A stretch of DNA of 64,000 nt from Octopus sinensis (lineage: Eukaryota): assembly GCF_006345805.1 (NCBI RefSeq), contig NC_042999.1, forward strand, positions 132,432,001-132,496,000. Direction: 5' to 3'. The translations under genes and the position numbers were made by a program. Under the pieces are notes generated by a model that saw only the letters and a list, made by a program, of their open reading frames with translations, did not search any database and was not told the origin of the DNA. This document shows, piece after piece, positions 25,204 to 39,800 of this stretch (the first letter of the stretch is position 1; the number at the start of each line of letters is the position of its first letter).

Positions 25204-26135
25204 ATGAAATGGATAAATGAATTATCTTGTTAAGGATTATTCAAAATTTAACCGATACCTGTGTAGCAAAAATTACACCAGAAAAGACACGGTTGAGGTT
25301 ACGACCATGGGGTTTCGCCCCCGTGCTCTAGCGCGGATAATTGAAGTTTTATATATTTAGTGAAGGGAAGAAATGGAGCCGAACGAAGATTCTACAAAAT
25401 TCCTTTTTATTATTTTCTACACATGTTTCAAAGGCTGCAAATTCCCAAATTCGGATTGAATAAGGAGACCATTCTGCAGCTTTCTCTTCAGGAAAATCCA
25501 GGAATTTAAAATCTCAAAACAATTGCGCAGCAAGCTTTTCGAACAAAACGCTCCCTAGGAGCCCATGGTAAAAATGGCACAAAACTGTCTCTCAATATGC
25601 GCTGACGTCAGAGTGGGTGAAGGCCGACGAAAAAATCCGTTGGAATAAACCTAGGTCAAACCACGGTCAAATCAGGTAGGGGAAGAATCATAGAAAACCC
25701 AAAGGGTGTGAATATATTCTGTATAACTAGTGTTAATGTTCAAATTGTCTTAAGAATGACAGTTATCTTATTTGGGTGTGAGGAACTACCTACATGTATG
25801 TGTGTGTGTATGCGCCTATGTATGTGTGGCAGTATGTTAGGAAGCAGCTAGAGAGAAAATATATTGTATTGTAGGCATTGCTGGTCAAGCGGCTGATAAA
25901 ATTCTGTGTCTGTGTGTTCGTCTATGACCAGTTTATATACAGATGACTTGTCAAAAAACAGGGGAGTATAATCCCTGATATCGTTTCTAAAAAAAGTAGC
26001 AGAACATACGCTAAAAGGGGAGTAATTTCCCCTTTCAAATTTAATTCAAAATTTTTTCCGAATTTCTTCCAAACAATTTTTTTCTTTTCTTATGACATCA
26101 AGGTATTAATTATCTAAGGCTTCAATTGTATTCAA
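25200..26135 (-). mobile_element. (TA)n-flanked non-coding element carrying a hammerhead motif
   Basis: Bounded by long (TA)n runs; no ORF; contains the HHR at 25412-25497. Confidence 0.5.
25412..25497 (-). ncRNA. Type I hammerhead ribozyme motif (family 2)
   Basis: Minus: AUUUUC-CUGAAGA-G AAAGCUGCA..UGCAGCCUUU-GAAA-C AUGU G-UA|GAAAAU. 6-bp stem I, GUA cleavage triplet, palindromic ACAUGU in stem III. Confidence 0.75.
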
Positions 26136-26158
26136 GAAATGTCAGTCTGGAGGCGACT

Positions 26159-26203
<45 letters not shown>

Positions 26204-26729
26204 TATATACGTATACATAAATACATACATATATATATGTGTGTGTGTATATATATGTGTGTGTTTGTAGATATGCATGCATGTGTGTGCGTGTGTGTAT
26301 ATATATATGCGTGTGAGTGTATGTGGGTATATGTATAATTATATTTTTATATGCATGTATACGTACACACACATATGTGTGTGAGTGTGTATTTATGCAT
26401 GTATGCTTTCCCTCCCTTCTTTCCTCTCTGTAAGTCTACCAAATTCTTGTTGGAGTGTATGCAAATATTTGCTACGGTATGAGTGCGGCGTATCAGCTGT
26501 ATGTGAGTATTTTAAATATCAATGAAAAATAAAAAAGGGCATCCCATATCTATTTAAATAGTGACGCATATCTATGTATGTATTTATGTATGTACCCACA
26601 TGTGTCTACGTGCATAGGTACACCCTTATTTATACACATGCAGACGAGGGTTGATTCATATGAAAAAGTAAGTGAACAAAATAATATGACCACTTATTTA
26701 TCGGGAAATTTGTAAGTTCGCTTTTTGTT

Positions 26730-27130
26730 TGTTTCAGTTATTTGACTGCAGCCATGCTGGATCACCGCCCTTAGTCGAACGAATCGACCCCAAGACTTAT
26801 TCTTTGTAAGCCTATCGGTCTCTTTTGCCGAATTGCAAATTTACGGGGACGTAAACACACCACATCGGACGTCAAACGATGGCGGGGGGGGGACAAACAA
26901 ACACACACACACACACACACATACACACACACACACATACACACACACACACACACACAAACATATATATATACGATGGGCTTCTTTCAGTTTCCGTATA
27001 CCAAATCCACTCACAAGGCTTTGGTCGGCCTGAGGCTATAGTAGAAGACATTTGCCCAAGGTGCCACGTAGTAGGACTGAACCCGAAACCATGTGGTTGG
27101 TAAGGAAGCTACTTACCAAAGAGCCATGCC
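26730..27130 (-). mobile_element. tRNA-type SINE
   Basis: Same family as 2400-2790, opposite strand. Confidence 0.8.
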
Positions 27131-27299
27131 TGCGCGTAAAAAATTTTTTTTCAAGGTAATCAAGCCAGATGTTCATCATTTCAAGCTTCTCACCCAATGA
27201 GTATCTCTGCCAAATGTGGGGAAAATCCATTCAACCGTTTTCCAGTAATCTTGAAAAAACATAGACAATAGACAATGACGAGTGATTACAATACCTTGC

Positions 27300-27708
27300 T
27301 TTTGTTTACGTAGCGAAAGAGATAGTATGGTGGACCCATTTGAAAGGACTAAAGACAGACACTTTCCTCTTTGGCCAAGCCCTCATCAACTTTTACAAGC
27401 TTCACTTGAAAAAGGAAGTTGAGGGTGGAGAGGAAAGTGTTGTCTTTTAGCAAGTTTGTTGAAAGGTGGGTGAATGTTGGAAGAATGGCCAGTGTGAAAG
27501 GACCAATTCTGAGCGTGCACTCGTGGCTTTTGTGAGTTTTTCCATGAGGACCTTAAAGCGCTTCCGCTATTGGAAGTTTTAATTTGTTCAATTTTTTTGT
27601 TATTACATTGTGTACACGCGAAAACCCATTGTATCGTCCTGTTTTGTCTTTTATGTTGTTGTATGTCTTTTAATGTTTTATATGCGACCCCTTGTGGCTA
27701 ATAAAAGG

Positions 27709-27710
<2 letters not shown>
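27300..27710 (+). mobile_element. L1/Tx1-like LINE 3' fragment
   Basis: 'ctcatcaacttttacaagcttcacttgaaaaaggaag..ggtgggtgaatgt' is homologous to 40730-40860; ends 'cttgtggctaataaaag'. Confidence 0.7.
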
Positions 27711-27774
<64 letters not shown>

Positions 27775-27789
27775 AATAATCAATAATAA

Positions 27790-30327
27790 CAATAAATGCT
27801 AGACAGAAGAACTAGGAAGGAATTCAATATGAATGGAGGACTCCACCCAAAGGCGGAAGCAGCAAGATTATACCTACTTAGAAAGGAAGGTGGAAGATGG
27901 TTAATGTCAGTGGAAGACTGCGTGGAGTTAGCTAGATATAGGCACGTATATAGGTAGTAGTGAAGAGAGTTTATTAAAAGCTGCTAGAATCACAGCAAGA
28001 CATCGTGTCCAGTAAATTCCACTACGGTAAATTTCGCTATAGGTAAAATTCACTGCAGTATATTCCACTAAAGTAAATTCAACTATAGTAAACGGTCTAT
28101 AGGAAACTGATTACACCCGTCCTTGTTACACACTTCTCAACTAATTAGTCGTTAGGTAAAGTATAGGTTTATGCTATTGTTACCCATTTGAAAACTGAAT
28201 TTCACTGTACTGCTAAATTTTTTCTATTCAGTTTAACTTTGAACTTTGAAACCCTCAACCATGGCAGCATTTATAACATCAGAGAAGAACAAACGTAAGC
28301 TTTGCGACGAAGAGAATCATATATTTGAAAAGAATGGAGCAAACAGTAGCAAAACAAAAATATATTGGCGTTGTGAACGTGTTTTACAACGGTTGCCGAG
28401 CTAGACCACATACAACTTTCAACTCCAGTACACCAGAAGTTATTTTTTCAACGGGCTCCCATAATCACTGTGCACACGTTAATGCCCGAAAGGCAGTTCA
28501 TTCAACGAAAAGTGAAGTAATGAGAACGAGCATAGTATCTTCTCGGAAAGTAATAGCTACTGCTGTACAAAATGTCGATGAGGAAGCACAATCATTGTTG
28601 CAAGCTATTCCTCGACTTTCACGTAACATTCATAATTGGGGGCAACAAGCTTTAAGAGCCCCAGCACTTCCGGATTGTCATTCAGGGTTTGAAATTCCTG
28701 ATGCAGTTAAGTACTTAGAAAATAGGTCCTTGTTTTTGGTCTCTGACAGTGGCATTGATGACTCAGAATTTTAGTTTTTTCTTCAGAAAATGGCTTATAT
28801 TAAGTGTTTTTGCGCTTTAGTATTTTTAGCAATTTAAGGCGTTGTCAATGGATTTGAAGATTTGTCTGATAATGAAAGTATCCCTTCTGAATTTATCACT
28901 TATTTTGAGAATTCATACACTGGAACTGTAAGGGGACTCGATCTTCGTCGACGAAGAGAAACCCCACAGGTTCCTATCCAACTCTGGAATATACGCGACC
29001 GCTTTTTAAATGACTTGCTAAGAATAAATAATTCGGTAGAAGGGTTCCACAATGCATTTTAGTCATCGATAACATCCACACATTCAAATTTGTGGAAACT
29101 TTGCAATGCCCTTAAGACCGAGGAAGGCTTAAGCCCGGCGAAAATTGTGCAGATTCGACGTGAGGACTAGATAGCAAAAAAAAAAAAAAGTCCTATCAAA
29201 TGACTGATGCACGACTAAAGAAACTAGCTGAGAATTATCAATCTGAAAACCCTTTGCAATTTAAAAAAAAATTGCGCGCAATTTGTCATAAAAGAATTTT
29301 CTTCAAATATATTAAACTTTTTTCATAACTTAATTTTTACGTACTCGCCATCATTTTTATGTAAATATTTGAATAAAATCCGAGCTAAAATGTATTCATA
29401 TTCTTTATCTATTTTTATGTACTCGTCATCATTTTTATCTTAATGTGTGAATAAAATTTGGCCTAAAATGTATTCATATTACCTATAGTGAAACTTACCG
29501 TAGTGGAATTTACTTAGAACCGCAAGACATAGGGAAACCAAAGTACCAAACGAACTTAAAAGCCAGAAAAAAGATCAGAAATTATCTGACTGACAGGAGA
29601 AGGCGTTGCATGGTAGATTCCCAAAGATAGTTTCAGCAAATAGTAGTAGTGAGACATGGTTATGGCTATAGAATGGAAAGCTGAAGAGGGAGACAGAAAG
29701 TTTATTAGTTGCACAAGATCAAGCATTAAAGACTCATTCGATAAAAGCCAAAATAGATAAAACCAAGTAGATTCCCAATGTAGATTATGCAAATCAAAAG
29801 AGGAAAGCGTTACTCATATAGTAAGTGAATGTAACATGCTGGTACAGAAAGAATACAAGAAAAGGCATGACAATCTTAGGAGAGCAATCCGAGTAAGAAG
29901 TACAAGAGGTGGGACTTTAACATTCAGACTCACAGAGTAAAAGAAACTCGAAGGCCTGATTTAGTAGTAGTAGATAAAGACAATAGAAAGTTCCCGGTAA
30001 TTGACTTTATAGCCCCAGATAATGAAAAAATTAATATGAGAAGTATAGAAAAAATAGCGAAGTACCAGGACCTAGCTGTTGAATCACAGAGACTATGGAA
30101 AGTGCGAGTAAAATGTATCCCAATAGTTATAGGTGCATTGGGAACTATCCCTAAAGATCTGAACTGATGGATAAGGGAAATAGGCATAAAATCCAGTTTA
30201 GTACAGCTGCAGCAAACAGTGTTATTAGGAACAGCTAGGATACTTAGGAAGGTTTTTGGCATCTAAGGAAACTTGTTGTAGCCCGATGTTAAGATTCTTT
30301 TCTTTTCCAACAGTTTAATTTGTTGAG

Positions 30328-30330
<3 letters not shown>
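27790..30330 (+). mobile_element. R4/Dong-like (restriction-like endonuclease) non-LTR element 3' part, split by a MULE and flanked by (TAA)n
   Basis: 'NGGLHPKA..RLYL.RKEGGR..SVED', 'CRLCKSKEESVTHIVSEC' knuckle, 'PDLVVVDK', 'IPIVIGALGTIP', 'VLLGTARILRKV'; (att)n at 27711-27770 and (aat)n at 30331-30400. Confidence 0.8.
28004..29521 (+). mobile_element. Mutator-like (MULE) DNA transposon with FLYWCH finger and transposase remnants
   Basis: 9-bp TSD gcaagacat (27995-28003 and 29522-29530); TIR 'agtaaattccactacggtaa..ctataggtaa'; 'IYWRCERFYNGCRAR..HNH'; 'RINNSVEGFHNAF'. Confidence 0.9.
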
Positions 30331-30402
<72 letters not shown>

Positions 30403-31169
30403 TAACCGAATAAAACTGTTGTTAATTAATAAATTATAATATATGTAACTCCTATGATACCTCTTGTTGGCCAGGGCCTACAATAGAAGGTGCATGCTAC
30501 CATTGTGTCCCGAACCTGAAGCCACGTGTTCGAGAAACTACTTAAACTTCATAGTCATGTCTGCACCATTTCTGTATTTTCTCTGATTTGTTCTAATCCT
30601 TCTAAAGCATTTTATACAATTATGTAGTCATTTGCTATACATTGCTGACATTAATTCGGGAAGTAATCAATATATTTTAGAGATCCAACTTCAGTAATTA
30701 CTGTACCACTAGATAAGCGTAAGTATATATACAGAGAGGGAGATATATTTAAGAATTTAAGAAGACAAAATGTCAGAAAGACAGGCCAGTTATTCCTCTA
30801 CAACTTTTTGTAAATTCTTAAATATATCTCCTTCTGTGTGTATATATATACTACTAAACAAACATGATTTTTATTGAACTCAAAATATTTTTTAGAGCCC
30901 GTTCTGATTACTTTCTTAAATACTTTCTTGTAAACTGTTTTTAACATTTTCTTATTATTATCAAAGAATGTATATCTGTATTTTAATACTTTTGTGATAA
31001 CCAGTACTTAACACAACAAAGCTCATACAAACCTTTACATTTTACTTTTGACAATCTTTTTCTAAAAAAGCGAAACCGGTCAATTGAATAAACATCATTC
31101 TTTCATATATATTTCCACTCGTTGGGTACCTTACAACTTTACTTTGTTCTCTCTCTCTCTCTCTCTTTA

Positions 31170-31200
<31 letters not shown>

Positions 31201-31234
31201 GTGTGTGTGGTGTGTGTGTGTGTGTGTGTGTATT

Positions 31235-31289
<55 letters not shown>

Positions 31290-31322
31290 GTGTTTATATG
31301 TATATATTTATGTACATATATT

Positions 31323-31379
<57 letters not shown>

Positions 31380-31483
31380 TGTGTGTGTGTGTATATATGT
31401 GTATATATATATATAATACATATATGTATATAATAGTTTCTCTTTTATTCTTTCACTTTTAATAGTTACAGTAAGTATATGTA

Positions 31484-32736
31484 CAGGTGTTGGACAAAAT
31501 AATGGAAACACCTTAAAATTTCAAACAAATTCATTTTAATATGTGGTAGGACCGCCTTTGGCAGTAATTACAGCTTGAATTCTACGAGGTATGGACTCGT
31601 ACAAAGTTTGAATTGTTTCCAAAGGACTTTTTGTCCATTCTTCAGCTAAAACAGTCTCCAGTTCTTGTAGCGATGATGGTGGAGGATATCGAATCCTTGT
31701 TTTTCTAAAATGCACCATAAATCTTCAATAATATTGAGATCTGGGGACTGTGGTGGCTTCACTAGAATATTCCTCGTGCCATTTAGTAACAACTTTAGCT
31801 GTGTGAATTGGTGCATTATCATCCTGAAAGATTGCGTTTCCCTCCGGAAACAGTTCTGCAACCATAGGATGAATTTGATCAGATAAAATGCTTAAATAGT
31901 CTTGACTATTAATTCTGCCATTAAGGGAAACTATTGGGCCAGCGGATTTCCAAAATAAAGCCCCCCCCCCAGATCATCACAGATCCTCCTCCATGCTTAA
32001 CAGTTGGAAGAAGTCAATCTGGGTCAAATGCTTCTTTTGGCTGTCTCCACACGTATATTCGGCCGGTGGTCGGAAATAATGTGAAGGATGACTCGTTCGA
32101 GAAAATAACATTCTTCCACTGTTTTAGAGGCCAATTCTATAGGTTTCTACTCCACTCTAAACGATTTGCAACATTTGTTTTTGAAAGTAGTGGTTTTCTG
32201 ATTGCAGCCCTTCCGTGAAATCCAACTTTGTGCAGCTCCCGGCGAACAGTTTTTGTGGAAACTGGGTTCTCAAGGTAGTCATTAAGCTCTGCAGTAATTT
32301 TAGGAGCAGTTGTTTTGTGATCCTTTCTAACAATTCGTGTAACAGTCTGACGGTCCCTATCTGAAAGTTTTGGCTTTCTTCTGGAGTTTTGTTTCGACGA
32401 GGAGGTTTTTCTGTCTTTCTCAAAGCTGTCAATACTTTCGAGACAGTACTTATTGATACACAAATCATTTCAGCTGTTTTCGTTACGCTAGTGCCTGCCA
32501 TACACGCACAAACAATTTGACCTCTTTGACAGTCCGATTGATCTGTCATTTTAATGAATTTTAATTTCCTTTTTCTGATGATATCTGAAAAGAAACAGCA
32601 ATTTTAGCAAAACACATTAAGCATCGCTAATGATAAATCAAAAAACTTAGAATAAACAAGCTTTTGACGGTTTAATAGATATTTCAAAATTATGATGCTA
32701 TGATGCTATGCGTTTCCATTATTTTGTCCAACTCCT
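31484..32736 (-). mobile_element. Tc1-like transposon, near full length, frameshifted transposase
   Basis: TIRs 'caggtgttggacaaaataatggaaac' / 'gtttccattattttgtccaac'; TA flanks; 'PPQSPDLNIIEDLW', 'GFHGRAAIRKPLLS', 'AVITAKGGPTTY'. Confidence 0.92.
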
Positions 32737-33388
<652 letters not shown>

Positions 33389-33499
33389 ATTACTGCTCTA
33401 TATATTTAGTGTGCTTCTCTCTCATATATGTTTTTTATTAACTATATATATATATATATATATCTTACGTAGGGGTGGGGTTACGATATATATATATAT

Positions 33500-34072
33500 A
33501 TATAACCCCTACACAAGCCAACTCCACCTTCCCTATCCATCCCATCCCACACCACCCCATCTCTTACACCCACTTCTACATACGCCACCTCTACCCCCAC
33601 TTTCGCCTCTCCCACATCCCAACAACACCACCACACCATGTACCACAGCACCACACAACACCACATCACATCACACCAGCACTGACCACTTCCCAGCCCC
33701 ACACCATCATCGACACCTCTACACATACACACACACACACGTCAAGGTCACTAGCCCTCTTCCACACGCACATGCATGCTCTCTTATACACACGCATGCG
33801 CACCTTCGTTTTGGGATCACCACTACTTTATTATTCCCCTTCTTCCTAGCTCTCCTGCGTGACCCCTCTGTCCGGCATTCGCCATGATAGATCGCTAGCC
33901 ACTACACATTCTTTATTTTCTCTCTTTGTTTCTTTCTGTGTTTCTTTGTGTGGAAGAGCGTAGGCTCGAAATGTTAAAGTCTTTTTCACTTCCCGAGCGT
34001 TAAACTAATACATCTGTTTGCTATCTACACCACCTGTCTTCGTCTTTTGATTTTTTTGTGGATTCTCCCTAT
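33500..34072 (+). mobile_element. Penelope-type terminal (pLTR-like) fragment with degenerate minimal HHR at 33944-33979
   Basis: C/A-rich body, then 'cttt-gtgtgga-agagcgtaggctc-gaaa-tgtt-aaag', the same layout as 43794 and 46666. Confidence 0.45.
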
Positions 34073-34081
34073 ACACACACA

Positions 34082-34138
<57 letters not shown>

Positions 34139-34410
34139 ACACACTCACACACACATATACATTTATATATCCATACAGAGCCGTATCCAGACTAAAATAT
34201 TAGAGGAGGCAAAGATCAACAAAAACCAAACCAAGTTAGCAATTACAAACAGTTCTATGCATTGTCCCAATGATGGGAAGGGGAGGGTATGTCAGAAAGG
34301 CATATATCTGTACTTGCAGATCTGATTTAGTATATTATACAGCAAAGGTTCTCAACTAATTTTGGCCAAGCAGGAAGAGGATTTTTATGCTCAAGGAAGA
34401 GAGTGTGGAT

Positions 34411-34855
34411 TTAGTTATTTTGAGTCACAAAATCAGCCCCCTTTTAAAATGAAGTAAAAAAATCTGAAAATATGTCATATTAAACATATATACATTTCTT
34501 ATTCATTTGAACCAAAGAATTTATTGAGAAAAATTTGACGAAAAAGTCACTGACGTTTAAAAATCGAAACACTGTCTATTTTTAGCCAATGATCAACTTT
34601 CGTTGTAGCGAACGGTGTCAACTTTAAGTCTGTACTCTGTGTAAGGTTGTACCCCGTGTGACCTGTTTAATCTAGGTTTCTAAATAAAGATAAATACTTT
34701 ATGAAGTCATGTTTTTATTTATTTATTTTTTTGTTATATTAATGTATTTTCCTGTATGTGTATTTGGGTAAATTTTTACGAGTGCACCCGCATTAGCAGC
34801 TATTCGCGATAACGGCAAAATTAAAGGGGGCTGATTTTGTGACTTAGCTAACTAA
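34411..34855. mobile_element. MITE
   Basis: TIR 'ttagtta....agtcacaaaatcagcccc' / 'ggggctgattttgtgact....taactaa'. Confidence 0.7.
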
Positions 34856-35046
34856 ATTAAAAAATGTTTATTCCTCTCCATCATTACGATTAAAATTAAT
34901 ATTTTTGATTTTGTTCTCTTCTATGAATTTAATTGTTTTTAAATGCTTCCGTCCATTGCTTTATACAAGAAAAAAGAAATTGGAAAATCCGGACCAAAAC
35001 AGAGAAATTCTAAGTTAACAAAAAATATACAAAGAAAAAGAAAAGG

Positions 35047-36000
35047 CTATTTTCGAAAGTCAAAAGAACCATTTGCATCACAAATTTCATCAGCCATGGT
35101 ACTGAAATAGTCAGCCTTCATGGCTTCATTAATGATTTGCCTCCTGATAACCATTACAAGACATTCAATCAGTTGATTCTGGATAACAGTAGATAAATAT
35201 GTGGCATTCTTTGGTGCATTTTCCAGAAAGGCTGCAAATTGAGGATTTTCTTTTGCTTTCCACTTAATAAAAAAGTTGAAATTACTGTCTCCTTCCTTCT
35301 TCTCATGAGACCGGCTTCCTCTAAGTGAAATTCCTCTTTTTGCAAGGGAAGTGATTACATCAAGAATGCATAAAAGAACCAATCTGTTCTTTTCAACTAG
35401 CTGAGCATATGCTTTAGAAAGATGTTCTATGATTGATTTCTTTTCTTCTTGGTATATCATCAAAAATTCATGATCCATTTTCATTGCTCCTTGATGGGTA
35501 TCTGACTTTTCATGAAGAGTTAGAGACCCTCTTTCTCGACCATCCCGGAATGGTTTGGTTACAAATTCAGGATTGCTCATATCTTGGGCAGCAAAGCAAA
35601 TACAGACTGAACAAAAAACTGCATCCAGTGACTTAGAAACCTAAGCCATGGAAACTTTTCTTCCTATGTTAGAGAATCCCTTCTGTTCTGGTGATTCTTT
35701 GGGAATGTAAACTACATTGGTGGATTCCAGTTCTGCTGAAGAATGGTCTTGCGCTCATTGTCACCCATAAATGCTCCACTAACTAGCCCAATATCAAGTT
35801 CAGGCGAATTTTGCATTGCTTGCTCCTAAATTTCAAAGACCCCAATTTTTGAGATGGCTTGTATTTGTAGTATTGAGGTACTAAATATCAGAGATTCATT
35901 GTTGGCATTACTAGTTTCAGGTGTAGGACAACTGGTGCATTCATCCAATATATCTTCAGAGGTGTCTTGACCATCACTTCTTTGGCATGATGATCTAAAA
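35047..36000 (-). mobile_element. hAT-family (ZMYM1/DUF4371-like) transposase pseudogene fragment
   Basis: 'LAKRGISLRG..NFNF..NATYLSTVIQNQLIE..YFSTMADE'; upstream 'AVFCSVCICF' zinc-finger remnant. Confidence 0.8.
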
Positions 36001-36509
36001 ATAAAATCAGATATATCAACATTTATGATTCACTGTACCACCTTTTAGATTAATTTTTATATGAAATAAATATAAAAGTCTTGTATCTGCAAATAAACTA
36101 CACTCCTAGTTTTGCTAATGATTTTCACATTTGATAGCCCATAAAAGCCCAGCTAGTGTTTGATAAATTGGCATATTTGGCCAGTTGATAACGTGGCCAA
36201 ACAATAATTGATGCCCATTATGTCAACCAAAAAATCCATAATAATTATGAAAGTTTGAAAGTTTTAGTAAAGATTTCTTTAATATTCTCTACACATACAT
36301 CTTTGGGACCTCTTCAGTTTCACTCACAGAATAAAAATTTTTTTTTTTAACTAAACAGTCCGAAACTTCGTTTACTGGTGTAATTTCTCATGCTGAACAC
36401 GGTTTACTTACACCATTTTTGACAAAATTTCATACTTTAGAAGTTATTTCGTATTATAGTTGTCGTATTTGGGAAATTTTAACCAGTCAACGGCGTGTAT
36501 TCAGCTGAA

Positions 36510-36800
36510 GAAAAAAAAAACACCATTCGAGCGTGGTCGTTGCCAGTACCGACTGACTGGTTCACGTGCCGGTGGAACGTAAAAAGCACCATTTGAGCGT
36601 GGTCGTTGCCAGTGCCATCTGACTGGCTCCCGTGCCGGTGGCACGTAAAAAGCACCATTTAAACCTGGTCGATGCCAGTACCACCAGACTGGCCCGCGTG
36701 CCGGTGGCACATAGAAAGCATCCACTGCACTCTCGGAGTGGTTGGCGTTAGGAAGGACATCCAGCTGTAGAAACTTTGCCAGATCTGTTTGGAGCCTGCG
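36510..36800 (+). repeat. RTE 3'-UTR-type fragment with ~4 tandem ~55-60-bp units
   Basis: 'cgtgccggtggcacgtaaaaagcaccatt..gtggtcgttgccagt' repeated; 'ttggcgttaggaaggacatccagc' is the reverse complement of 15236-15262. Confidence 0.75.
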
Positions 36801-36889
36801 TGGCGTGTTTCCTGATTTTGTGAATTTGTTTTCGGCTTGCTTAACCAGTTTCCTTTGAGGATGGTGTCTTCAAGCCATGAAGACAGCTT

Positions 36890-39800
36890 TCCAACAAACG
36901 CCAATCTCCTTAGCAACTCGTTTGAAATTGAGTTCCCTACACTGCCTTCACCACAACTTCAGGAAAGAAGGTAGGAAAAAGAGATCTGACACAAACAAAT
37001 TCAAACGTAAACATGAATGTCAATACCACCACCAACACCAACGACAACAACGATATCGTCGCAAAGCCTTACACCATGACCTCCACGAAAGAGAGTACAC
37101 CATGGCCTCCACGAAAGAGAGTACACCACCACTATAACTTCACCTTCAAATGCTACAACTGACACTTCTGCTACCACCACAACCACCACTACCACCAACA
37201 CCACCACCACCTAGTTATCTTGGGCAAAGAGTGACGAAGGTGGAAATAAAAATGTGCCTCCAGAGGTAGAGACGCAATTATTATTATCTGCCATCTGCTT
37301 CGAAATGGAGGAAGCTAGCATTTTAGAAATTGCTGTCCTTGAACAGCAAAACTGGGTGGATAAAACGCTGGAGATACTTTTACAAATCGATCAAGAATCT
37401 ATTAATAAATTACCCATAAGTATTCAATTAGCAGAAGGATACAAGTTGTATGTAGTGGTAGAGGGCAGGCGGCCACGGTGTTATTTGTGCAACAGCGAGA
37501 CACCTGTGAAAAATGATTGTCTAGCGGCCGCAAAAAACAAGAACAGCAACAACAACAACAACAACCACTACCAAAACCTGGAAAAAACCCTTGCTACCCA
37601 CACCACCTTCAACACAAAAGACAATAAAAAAATCACCATCATCACCAACAATCGACAGCAAAACAACCCCTGGAAAACACCAAGAAGTGAAGATACAGGA
37701 AAAACAAAAGATTCAAAAAGTGACTCCCCTCCCCTATATTACATACACCTCACACAAACAACCAACAACCAACACCGACGAAAACAACAACGCAGCCACT
37801 TACAGAAACACACACAGACGCTTATAACATGCCCTTACCCGCCTTCCGATTCCTCAGAACTTTCGTCGGAAGACGAAAGTAGTGAGGAATGGCAAATGGC
37901 CAGAAAAGGAAGGAGGAAGAGGAGCAACAAAAGCAAACACCAACAAAGCAGGGAGATACACAACTCCCGAAGACATTTCGAACTCTAACACAAACAACAC
38001 CAACGCCAACACCACGAAAACGATGCTCGCAACCATAAACACTAACAACACAGAGTTGATGAAATATATCAACTCAAAAACAAACATTACAGAAAATGAC
38101 ATTAAAACGAGCAACCACCCATAATCAACATGGATCATGACCACGATTGGGGCCCACTTGAAAACAAGGGTGCCTCTTAAATGACATAAAGTCACACGAT
38201 TTGGAAATCATAGCCATAAGTGAGACCAGACTCCATGAACCACGGGCCCTAAAGTCCATGTTTGGCGGACAGTTTAACATTTATTTTTCTCCCTGTTTGC
38301 CGAAGATGGGTGGTAGTGGCACTGCGGTACTTTTTCGAAAGAGTCTGGATCTAGAAGTAAAGACAATATTCGTAGACCCGGAAGGTAGACTGGTTGTCTT
38401 GGATGTCGACGGCAGTGATGGGTGCGCTATTCGACTTCTAGCAGTCTATGCACCTCCTTTAACAGGTCGGCCGGATTTCTTTCGACGTAAAGAAGTATCC
38501 CTAGGAGCGTCTCGTCCTGTACTTTTAGTGGGGTATTGGAATGCTACCTTGGACACGCAGACTACGTGGGCAGAGACAGAAATAGAGCCGCGCGAGAGGC
38601 CCGGGTGGCGGAGGCACAACGGGGCAACAAATCCACCATTCGGTCTCTGGTAGATGAACAGGGGTACGAATTGCTCGAGTCCGGCAAGATGTGCGAGGCG
38701 TTTCAGTAGCATTTTGTCCGACTGTGCGGGATGAGTGGCGAGCGAGAACGCAGAGTGGACTTCAGTGCCTACCTGCACAGTCTGCCACGACTCTCGGCAA
38801 GAGAGGCAGAGTGCTGCGAAAGTGCCATCACGGCGGCGGAAGTGCGGGACGCGATGGCAGGATGCTCGAGGAACAAATGGCCGGGTTTGGATGGTCTGCC
38901 CTATGAGCTTTACAGTTGTATGCCAGACTTGTTTGGAGACGTCTTGGCAGCAGTGTATTGCAACTGGCAGCAAAATGGGAGCATCCCCGGTTTTGTTAGC
39001 TGAGGAGTCCTAACGATGCTGAAGAAAGATTCAAACAAGGGGCACGTAATAGATAACTTTAGGTTCATCACTCTGCTCAATGCAGACTTGAAAATTTTAG
39101 CCAAGGTGTTAGCCAAGAGATTGGCGCTTGTCATCGAGAAACTTGTCGACAAGGCGCAAGCGTGCGCCGTGCCAGGCTGGAGCATCCATGACAACCTCCA
39201 TCTGATGCGCTACATCGTAGACAGGGTAGTTAAGGAACATGGTCCTGATCAATTTGGATCAACTCAAAGCTTTCGATAGGGTAGAGCATCGATACTTGGA
39301 GGCTGTCCTCATAGCAGCCGGTTTCGGTCCTGTCTCCCACGGCTGGATGGCTGCCTTGTACAGAGGCATCCGTTCGGTAATTCGCATGAATGGACATTTA
39401 TCGAGACCTTTCGACATTGCACGTTCGGCCCGTCAGGGATGCCCACTCTTGTCGTTTCTGTACGTATTGATTCTCGAGCCACTACTGCAGAAGCTGGCGA
39501 TATTGAGGGGCATCCTGCGAGAACTGGGGTGCAGGACGAGCGTGTCCGCATACGCGGACGATGTCACCTTCATAGTGTCTAGCCACGAGCACATCGAGCT
39601 GGTCGGCGAGACACTGAAAGACTACGAAGCGGTGACGGGGGAAAAAATCAACCGGGAAAAATCAGTGGGCCTATGCCGTCCGGCAGCGTCACAGTAGTGG
39701 GATGCTGGACCGACGGGTCGGTCAAGTTGCTCGGAGTCTGTTTCGGTCTGGACCTCCAAACGAAGAACTAGGACGATATAACGAGTAGCGTGGTTACTCT

